Positions 51,576-60,693 of a stretch of DNA of 64,000 nucleotides are shown here, one piece after another. Position 1 is the stretch's first letter. Each line of letters begins with the position of its first letter. The notes under the pieces are model-generated. The model was given only the letters and a program-made list of their open reading frames with translations, was not told the DNA's origin and ran no database searches. The position numbers were made by a program, and so were the translations under genes. The stretch is from Psammoneis japonica (lineage: Eukaryota). The stretch lies in contig QPGO01000033.1 in the NCBI GenBank assembly GCA_008632985.1, forward strand, positions 62,001 to 126,000, given 5' to 3'.

Positions 51576-52340
51576 CTACAAGGTTTTCCACAAATTTGCA
51601 TGAGAGGTGAGCACATTTTTGTCACCACAAACAGGCAAAATGTTGACAGTCATGAGGAGAGCGAACTTCGTCTGCTTGGTGGTGGTGTGGGTGCTGGCAT
51701 GGTGTGCCTCGGCAAAAGGGTTAAGATTGGGGGCAGGCAAACCATGAGCTGGGAGGGGAGGTGGTTCAGGAACGGTGACATTGACGGCGCCAGGTGGTTG
51801 CAACCTGCAGGGGTGAAGCAGTTCTGCCACCGCAACATGGTGATCAAGCATTCCTGCATTCTCTTGATGGTCGGAGTCAGACATCGCCCCAGACCAAAGT
51901 TCCCAGTTCCCCTGCCATCCACAAGTTTGAAGGAAGACAGCACCCTTCGCAACGCATGCATTGCAGCAGTGGGAAAACAATGCACGATTTATGTCAGTGT
52001 GCAATGAGTCTCCACATGGCACATTTGTGTCATCCCAAAATGTGGCTCGTCTGTCACCAAACTTCTTTGCCCATTTTTCCAGTCGGAAAGCAATGTCCTC
52101 GTCGTACGATGCAAAATGTGGACACCGCAACAACAACGTTTGTTTGATTTTTCTGAGCTTGTGATCGATGATGCTGGCAATTGTTCGTCTGCTCTTCACT
52201 TTGCAAGTCACAATCAAAGCTTCCATTGTCATGTTTGTTCGACACCAAACCCACTCGAAGCAGCAGAACCACTCTTCAAACCACGTGAGAGACGATGTTC
52301 GGTCCATCATTTCATCAACCGAACCATCACACACAACCAA
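51576..52340 (-). pseudogene. PIF/Harbinger-ISL2EU-type DDE transposase remnant (DDE_Tnp_4-like), C-terminally truncated
   Basis: TWFEEWF, FWDDTNVP, RALFSHCCNACVAKGAVFLQTCGW, ELWSGAMSDSDH; expected Tyr residues read Cys/His. Confidence 0.65.
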
Positions 52341-53425
52341 AAAACAAACGACACCAACAAAAATAGAGAATCGTGTCCGGTGCGAACTTTTACCTCTGAA
52401 TCACCAAGAGCCTCTAGATGGACTGTTGGTGGTGGCTGCGCCGGCGGAGCAGTCTTTTTCGACACGGGCGCACTTGGTCTCGCATTCGACACGGTCACCG
52501 TTGTTGTCAATTGCATTGCAAGGTTCGCACAGCCAAGCATCCACCAGCACAGCCAGTTCCTGCTTGGCTCTCATCAGCTCCAAACCATCTCTTGATTTCC
52601 TTCCAGACCTCTCATGAGCAAGCGACAGCAACAATCTTCCGCATCGGTCGTGATCTGTGGCAACGTCCTTTTTTGTCAAATCCGTGACATTCTTTGAACC
52701 AAGACCTGAAGTGCCGCCAAGCAGCGTCACAGCCAAGCGCAAGTCCCAACAAAACACAAAATCTGGGATCCAACTCCTTGTCAATGATGGGGTGCTTTGC
52801 TTCTTGAATTTGCGAGTCTTTCAATTCATCAGAATCATTCACAACATGCAACAGCATGCTCTTAAATCCGCTTTCCACGGTGATGTCTTTTGTGGCGTTC
52901 TCCGATGGCACAAACGACACTGTCTGGAGAGCACGCTCTCCACAAATGAGTGAAAAAACTGAATCATTTCTCAACACAATCTGGGCTTCACAACGGCGAA
53001 CTAAGTTGCAAACAACCGAGTCCGCCTGGAAGTCTCACGTCATACAAAGAACCGAGGTCGACAGCTGAGATTGAGACACTTCCTTGACGACACGCAAGCA
53101 AAAGTCTCGAGGAAGCTTCTTTGATCCCTGTGTTTCACAAGACTTTACTCCTGATTGGAGAATTTTCTGCTTTCCCAATAAATGTGTCCGACACGCCTCC
53201 ATGACATCTTGCTTCCGGAGTTCTGATGTGATCTCTGAGGTTTCAAGCCTTGCGTGGCACGCTTTGGCGCGAGCCGTCTCCCTCTCCCCAGCCTGCTTGA
53301 TTGATGCAACTTTTACATGATGACGACTGTCAGGGTCAAATGCCATTGTTACACAAATGCCGGCGTTCACAAGTGACGTGACAACCGACACAGTGTGTGC
53401 AACAGCATCGCCGCCAGAGGAGCAA

Positions 53426-53701
53426 TGACAGGATTTGAACAGGATTTGGATGCGCGCGAAGCATCGCGCGCTGTTTAGTTTACCGCGCACAGTTTTGTGT
53501 GCTTTAGTTCCGCGCGTTCACGCGTGATGTAGTTTGCTTTCGAGCCACAAGGCTCACAAGAATAACAACAGTAGCCCGATTATGCCGACTTACACGTCTT
53601 TCGGCTCCTGCAACGGTCTCTGAACGGAGACTCATCTGCTGTTTAGACAGCAGCAAGGAGTCATTGTTTGAATTCTTGCCATTTGCCTTCAATTTCTGTC
53701 A
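53426..53701. repeat. Left LTR (276 bp)
   Basis: 268 of 276 positions identical to 58647-58922 by manual alignment, no gaps. Confidence 0.95.
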
Positions 53702-53716
53702 GATTAACAGTCTTGT
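53702..53716 (+). other. Putative primer binding site complementary to the anticodon arm of tRNA-Asn(GUU)
   Basis: GATTAACAGTCTTG abuts the LTR; its reverse complement CAAGA-CTGTTAA-TC has the form of an anticodon stem plus canonical CU-GUU-AA loop. Confidence 0.6.
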
Positions 53717-56700
53717 GACATGGCGTGTTTGCAGTTCCGGGGAACTTCGTATCCGCACTTGCAGCGAGGTGCAGTGCGGAAGGAGCGAAGCTTGGCTTGG
53801 TTGGCCATGCGAAATGGCTTCTTTTGGCGCCTCGCGATGGTGCGGAACCGCTTCCAGCCATCCGTGTCGAGGAGTCCGTTCTCTCGTGCATAGATGGCAC
53901 AGGTGACGGGTCGTCCTTGGCGATGATGGCAAGAGGCTCGGACGTGATCTCCCCACTTTCCCATTCAAGCATGATGTTGTAGCTTGAGCCTTTCCAGGTT
54001 GGGTCGTGAGGCTTCAGAGGTCCTTCGTGTGACACGATGCGTCGAAATTTCCAAATGGTGGTGTCTTCGTCTTCTTGCTCAATGTGATTCATGATGTCAT
54101 TGCAGGCAAGGACTTCCTCGTATTCGTCATTGTTGACAGAGCAGACGAACTTAGTGAGCTCGGGATTGCCGTTCACTTTCCATTTGTGGTCTTCGACGGC
54201 CTTGACGATGCGAGCTCTGTGGCGTTGTCCGTCCTCTTGTGGCTGCATGAGGAAGGTGCGTCCAATGATGTCTTGCGGATCAAAAACTGGCATCTTGGGT
54301 GTCCTGATCTCCCCATCAGGAGAATCGACGGGGTTGTCGTCATGGCGAGATTTGATGATGGGTTCAGGTGGCTCCCCATCAGGAGGATCAAGACGCAGGT
54401 TTCGAACGGCAGGATCGGGGGCAGCGGAGCGAACGTTGGACCGGTGGAGGATCTTCTGAGTCTCGTCAGATAGAATCTTGAAGGTCATCTGGTGGCCGAC
54501 GTGCTCAGCAATGCCAACGAAGCGTCCACGCAACTCACGGGATTCGGACGGCCAATCGGAGTCATCGAGGTGGAAGCACACTGGTTCCCACCAGTGAAAG
54601 CGAAGCAATGGGCTGATGTCCGGGGTGGATCCAGTGAGAGTCTCGAGGGGCGTGCGCCAGTGGAGACGTGGGGACGCTGTGTGGTTGAGTGTGAAGCACA
54701 CGTGCATGAGCGCCAGCAGCCATGTGTGGGCGGGCGAACCAAAACGGTCCATGACAGTGTTCGCCATGCGCTTCACAGTCTGGCATCGACGCTCGGCAAA
54801 GTTTTGGTGTTGCTGGTGAGGCTCACTTTGCCAGCTGGAGATGAAGAGGGCGCGTAGGATCCCGAGCACTTTGTTGCTGATCTCAACTTGAGCACGGTCG
54901 CTAATGAGTTTGGATGGGGCACCACGTTCACGGATCTGATCCTCGAGTGTGTTGACAAACTCTTTGTCCGTCTTAGTGCCGTAGACGTCAGTGACGGTAG
55001 ACTCGGTGCCAACAAACAGTTGGGCGCTGGTGCAACCAGAGTCGACGGCCGGGGTGTCGGCATGAACGGTGTCAGTGGCGACAGGCTCATTGCGACAGTG
55101 CACATTAAGGGCGGGGTTGGGTGATTTGAAGGCCTTGCGAAGGTGTGCACCGGCGGGCATGCGGGCGTACTGCGTGGTGCAGTCAAAAGTGCGACGGACC
55201 GTGTCGGCAGGTAGGAAGCCAAAGCAAGGCCGAAGAGACTCGAAGGGGGGGTCCTTGGGCTGTACAGTGCGCTCCGGAGGTGGAACGTCATCGCCCTTGG
55301 GGTCAATCGCATGCAGATGACACTCGTAGAACACGTCGTTGTTCGGAATGAGGTGATCATCGAGGGCGGACGCGTGATCGGCAGACAAGGAAGCGGACAA
55401 GATGGTCTCGTTGACAACGACACGGTGACGGCAGTTGCCGCATTCGTCAAACAGGTTGGCAGTGGGATCGTCCTGTAGGTCAGAGATCGCGTCGTACCAC
55501 TGGTCGTCGTCAGTGACAGAGTGATCGAGGACGGAAGGGTCCCATGTGTCATCACCGGTGAGGATGACATGGGGCAGGGTGTCCCATTCGGCGTCAGTGT
55601 AAGGTCGCATGGCAACATGAGGCAGGCCAGCCTTGATGTCAATGGGGATGACATAGCCATCAGGAGTGGCAACACGTTGCAAGCCATTGGGCACCTTGAC
55701 AGAGCGATCGTTGACATCCTGTTTGTACCATTCGAGCTGGCCGCAGGAATGGATGGTCTTGCCCTTGCCCGTGTGTGCGCACTGATGGAGGATGGCGATG
55801 ACGGGACCACGCTGGGTCTCAATGACGGCACCAGCGGTGACAATGGGGATGTCCACCAATTGATGATCGTCAATGCCCTGAACGTCGACTTGGCGAGAGG
55901 TGCGTGCAATGACGCGAACGTCGTCGCCAGCAATGCCGCCGTTGGCCCCACGATCGACGAGAGCGCCAGTGCGTGTGGAGCGATGAGCAGAGGCAGAGCA
56001 AATGACATTGTGGTTGTCAACGCGGCAGCAAGTGCGGCCGTTAAGTTCCATGTCATCTGCAGAAGCTGGCGGGGTAGAGGAAGCGGCGGATGGCCCCGGT
56101 CGACTGGCATTGGGGGCTTGGTTAGGAGACAACAGACGTTGCAGATCACCGGGTGGCAGTGGCTTGCGCTTGGTGAGGTGCACCAGGATGGGATTATCCG
56201 AAGTGGCGTCCACATGTGGAGCGGAGTCACCAGAGTCAGCAGGAGTCGTGTTGGACAAGTTGACATCACCGTCACTCCCAAGGCGTTGGTCGTGAAGGTT
56301 GGCCATAACAGACTCATGGCAGTTGCTGGCTCGCGGGTTGCGGGGAGGCGGACGAGAATGCTCAAGGATGATCGCCTTGGAGGAATCGGGCAACGAATCC
56401 CAGAGCCATTGGTGGTCGGGAGGGAGACGTCTCCATTGGACACCGGTGAGGCTGGGACCGCGGGTGCAGGCAGCATTGGCTTGAAGGACGTCAACGTCGC
56501 TGTCAATGTCGCAGAACACATCGTCGGACGGTTCCTCGGAGTAGACGTCGTGTGCGTGTGTGGCGCGTCGGGGAGCTCGAGGTGTCGTCTTGGGTTGAAA
56601 CGTGCTGTCGTGCTGAGCTGCCGCGGAGAGGAGCAAGCCACAGCATTGATCGTATGTGAGGCTCTTGCCACTCTGCGTACGATGCTGATCAGCTTGGTTC

Positions 56701-57650
56701 TTGACAGCACGGAGTTCCTCGACAGGGTGCACGGCATTCTCGAGCATGACGCGCTTCTGTCCTTCAGAAAAGTGGTCACTGGCCGGGATGAGTGCCTCAT
56801 GCTTGCGCAACTGATCTTGCCAATGAAGGATGAACCCGTGGGTCGGACCTTTCCAAGTGCCATCACCAAGACGTGCGGTGGTGAGGCACGTGAGCAGGGT
56901 GGAGGACTCGACAGATGCGCGGGTGGAGGCAAGCGCGCACTCAGACAAGGAGCGGCAGACGGTCTGTGCGTCAGAAGACCCCACATTTTCGCGAATGAGA
57001 GCCTTGCCCTTGTCGGTGAGAAGGATGCGTTCGAAGACGGCGAACATGTACTTTTGCTGTTCAGCAAAGAGCAGTTTGTCTTCGGGGCTGGTCGGTTTGT
57101 ACGACGAGTCTAGAATGCACTCGACGTCTTGGGCACGGGCTTGTGCCACAAGTGAGGTGTGCCAAGTGTGCCACTGCTTGTCGGATTTGAGAGCCGTGAA
57201 AGCGGTGGGATCACGCTTGATGCCTCGCTTGAAGTCCCGCACCGGGTCGCGTGCCTTGGTCGGGTTGGTGACATGTGGAGGTGCAAGGGGTGAGCTGCCG
57301 ATGGACACAGAAGACATGCAGTCGGGGCTGAGGCGGCAGGCAAGGAACTCGTCATGCGTGAACAAGGAGGAGTCGTTGGCAACGTCAAGACCTTTGTGTG
57401 CTTTGACAATGTACAGACTGACTGGTGCTGCTAACATGTTCTTATAACCACGGGGCAAAGGGATTGCATTGGTGCCGTTGTCGTGCTCAAGCGAGTCGAT
57501 TTGGGACGGTATGAACGTGAACAGTTCCTGATGCGAGTCCGTGCCGTCTTGGGCCAAAGCCAAACGAAGAGGACTCCCAGCACCTTGGGCAAGCACGGTT
57601 CCAACAACGTGCTCGAAACCATCGGTTTGTTGCTGACGAGTGAGAACCAT
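53704..57650 (-). pseudogene. Copia gag-protease-integrase polyprotein, frameshift near 53908, truncated at the start of RT
   Basis: FKRGIKRDP, protease ALVDRGANGG, integrase VATDTVHADTP / LISDRAQVE / QNFAERR, GSTPDISPLLRF, then TCAIYARENGLLD..GWKRF...GYEVPRN. Confidence 0.9.
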
Positions 57651-57722
57651 GGTAGACAAAAGTGGTGTCAGGACAATCAATTCTGGTTGGGAAGCGAAGG
57701 CAGACTCGAAACTTGGGTGAGA

Positions 57723-57754
57723 ATAGACTTGACTTGAAACAGACTTGACTTGAA
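57723..57754. repeat. 16-bp tandem duplication in the gag leader
   Basis: ATAGACTTGACTTGAA followed by ACAGACTTGACTTGAA. Confidence 0.85.
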
Positions 57755-58639
57755 ATCTTGAACTATCTTAAAATCAGAAGTCGCCGGGCTTTGTTGTCCC
57801 GTTCGTTGTCAAGTGCTAAACTTCCCATCCGGTCCGTAGAGTTGTGCCGGCACGTCCGAACCCGCAGCTGGTGGCGCTTTGGGTTGCTTGCAAGCGGAGT
57901 AGCGGGTTGTAAACCCCTGCAGGTAAGCTGACTAGAGGTGGACAAGACCCCCGAACCGTTCTTGTTTTGTGTCGGTTGGATTTCCCGATCAGGCTGGCCA
58001 GTTGACGCAGGCGTTGGGCGCTGTGGACGAACGAACAAACGCGGGAAAACACCCTTGCCCCAACGCAGGCTGTAATCACGGCCACTTGCTCTCACAGTCA
58101 TCCTCGTGGACCCAGTGGAACTGCAGAGCACCAGTGGTCCGGGGCAGATCAGGTGCAATGGACTCGGTGTGCTTGTAGAGTGGCAGCAAAACCGCAGTCC
58201 GAAGAGTGGATAAAGGTTCTTGGCCGTGGAGATGTGCACATGTGCACACATGTCTTCAGCGACTAAGATCCTTGAACATGTGGGGTTCTTGACCGTTAAC
58301 CGAGGAACAGGTGTGTCAAGGGATGTTGATCAAGGATGGACTTGGATGTGACCGTTGAACACAAGTCTTCAGCGATCAAAGGCAGTGTGATCAATCCAGA
58401 CATCCAGCGGCAAGGAGACTTGATGGTGACGTTAACTTCCTGCCGATGCCCTGGCATTGAATGCGCGTAGACTTGCCGATGCATGTAGAACACACACGGA
58501 GGTCCACGTAGAATTGAAGTGGCGTCGTTGGCAAATCAACGACGACGATGGCGGTTGCTCAATGGGTTGACAATGAGCAAGACTGTTGGCTTCATTCCAT
58601 CCGAAGTCGAATCTGTTTCTGTGGCTCCTCAAGCAAACT

Positions 58640-58646
58640 GGGGGAG
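58640..58646 (+). other. Putative polypurine tract
   Basis: GGGGGAG immediately before the right LTR. Confidence 0.55.
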
Positions 58647-58922
58647 TGACAGGATTTGAACAGGATTTGGATGCGCGCGAAGTATCGCGCGCTGTTTAGT
58701 TTACCGCGCACAGTTTTGTGTGCTTTAGTTCCGCGCGTTCACGCGTGATGCAGTTTGCTTTCGAGCCACAAGGCTCACAAGAATGACAACAGTGGCCCGA
58801 TTGTGCCGACTCACACGTCTTTCGGCTCCTGCAACGGTCTCTGAACGGAGACTCATCTGCTGTTTAGACAGCAGCAAGGAGTTGTTGTTTGAATTCTTGC
58901 CATTTGCCTTCAATTTCTGTCA
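58647..58922. repeat. Right LTR (276 bp)
   Basis: Direct repeat of 53426-53701, followed by TSD AGCAA. Confidence 0.95.
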
Positions 58923-59376
58923 AGCAAGGCCCCTGAGACCGATCCAACTCGAGTCGACAGCGATGGTTGGTGGACCATCACATTGACAAACCTCCAACAG
59001 ATGCTTTGCAGCATTTAGAATGTTTACAATGGACAAGGAGGCGATGCTATGGAGGACCGCACCGCCGCCTTGAAAACCCATCGTGTTGATTGATGCACAG
59101 AAAAAAGTGCTGTTTTGAGAGCGTGCAACAAACATCAACACGAAACTCGGTACAAATCGTCGTGCAAAGCTACATACGCAAAACCACGTGGAAATCCATT
59201 TTTGTACCACGCCACCAAAACTGGAAAATCGCATTACCCATGCGCGCGCAGACGGACGGACACAGGCGCCGCACGTGCGTCGTCCCGCCCGCTCCGGGAG
59301 AGTGCTACCGGTCATTGAGCAGTCCGAGCATCGAACGAAAGATATGTCGAACATAGCAGCATTTACATCATGAACT

Positions 59377-60300
59377 ATGAACTCTACCAACAACGATAGC
59401 AGCTCCTCAAGCCCTGATGCCCCCAAAACAGAAGATACTCCTCTAACAAGCGAAGGAGAAGATTCACGAGATGTCGGCGTTGTTCAAGAACTGGGCGGGC
59501 ACTCGTACTGCCTGAATCCGGCTCGCCTGAACAACAAGCACGACGATAAGGTAACGCTGACATCCGCAAGTTTGAAAGTAGCAAAGCTGGCTTCTTTCGT
59601 CGTCTTGTCTCCATTATTCGTACTAGGCACAGCATGCATGTATGTGGCTCCGAGAAGTATACATAATTATCTTATTTCTCGAATGTTGCGCAAGATTTGT
59701 GGTATATTGGATTCAACACTACGAAAAGAACGAACGATTTTATTGAGGAATATTTCTGGGAGAGTCTTGGATTTGGGAAGCGGAAGTGGACAGTATCTAC
59801 AATATTTATCGAAAGCTAGCTATATTGTGGCATTGGAACCCTTAAAAAACTTGCATCCTTCAATACAACGGGAAGCAAACAAGTGGCTAGATACGCAGCA
59901 TACAAAGTTTGAACTGTTTGATTTGACATTAGAAGAGTATCTTGAGGAATATCCTACCGACCGGTCATCGTTTGACTGGATTCTACTCGGCAATGTCATG
60001 TGTGAGGTGAATGATCCCATACAAACTCTTCAAAGTGTCGATCGGGCCTTGAAAGATCCAGGCGGAATCGTGTATTTCTCCGAGCACGTTGCTTGTTCGT
60101 CACGCTTCCAACGTCGACTGCAACACGTGTTCAATCCGTTTTGGAGAACTCTGAGTGGAGGTTGCAACATTAATCGGGATACGTTACAGAATATTGAGGC
60201 AATGCACAACTGGCGTGTGATCTCGTGGGAATACCCAATTCGAGTCGGCCTGGGGCCGTTTGTGCTGGGACTTGCACAGAAAGATGGCCCTTCCAAGTGA
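59377..60300 (+). CDS. Class I SAM-dependent methyltransferase (METTL7-like)
   Basis: GRVLDLGSGSG, VALEP, SFDWILLGNVMCEV, PGG..YFSEHV, GGCNINRDT. Confidence 0.85.
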   Translation: MNSTNNDSSSSSPDAPKTEDTPLTSEGEDSRDVGVVQELGGHSYCLNPARLNNKHDDKVTLTSASLKVAKLASFVVLSPLFVLGTACMYVAPRSIHNYLISRMLRKICGILDSTLRKERTILLRNISGRVLDLGSGSGQYLQYLSKASYIVALEPLKNLHPSIQREANKWLDTQHTKFELFDLTLEEYLEEYPTDRSSFDWILLGNVMCEVNDPIQTLQSVDRALKDPGGIVYFSEHVACSSRFQRRLQHVFNPFWRTLSGGCNINRDTLQNIEAMHNWRVISWEYPIRVGLGPFVLGLAQKDGPSK

Positions 60301-60693
60301 GTTACTATGCAGTAGAAGATATATAGAGTATTTGAATGGTGTTGATTGGAGAGACAAGTGACATTATGTGAGAAGGGAGCGATCTTTGGGTCCGCAGTCC
60401 CGTGCGTGACGCAAGCATCCCGAGAACGTGACTGCTTTCTTCGCTGAAGTACAGTAGAGAACTTTGCGCACCTGTAATTCCAAACAAAAAAATGGTGCTA
60501 AGGATACAGGCTAAGAAAAACGGCCCTTGGTTTGAAAATGGGTGAGCCACTCTGCCGGGGAACAGGCATGGCCAACCTCTCCTCCATCTAGCCTCGATTC
60601 AAACACAGATGAACACTAGCAAATGGTCCTTCTTTCTATCTGTCCACGCTTCCTTTGGATTATTGCAAGGTTCAAAATCGCTTGCTCCAATAC

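Larger units (their letters stand above)
53426..58922. mobile_element. Ty1/Copia LTR retrotransposon lacking RT/RNase H, with 5-bp TSD AGCAA
   Basis: Direct 276-bp LTRs with TGACAG...CTGTCA termini; AGCAA at 53421-53425 and 58923-58927; gag-protease-integrase ORF inside. Confidence 0.95.
52400..59081 (-). pseudogene. XPG/FEN1/EXO1-family nuclease remnant split by the LTR element (pieces 59081-58923 and 53425-52400)
   Basis: MGFQG...IAVDSSWIG, GICVTMAFDPDSRHHVKVASI, FQADSVV...IVLRNDS, ALGCD then GGTSGLGSK, in the expected order across frameshifts. Confidence 0.6.

Noticed and set aside
55521..57113. 530-aa + strand ORF and 764-aa alternative-frame ORF (54773-57067) inside the Copia element
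   Set aside because: Shadow frames of gag-pol in GC-rich, stop-depleted sequence; no recognisable motifs.
53704..57650. Alternative genetic code or RNA editing as the cause of Cys/His at Tyr positions
   Set aside because: Host genes use Tyr codons normally, the change also affects non-coding LTRs, and both A>G and T>C occur on the same strand and differ between LTRs, which fits post-integration DNA change better than ADAR-type editing of one RNA.
59100..59300. Terminal inverted repeat for the DDE/XPG element
   Set aside because: No matching inverted partner found near 48.3-51.6 kb by eye.
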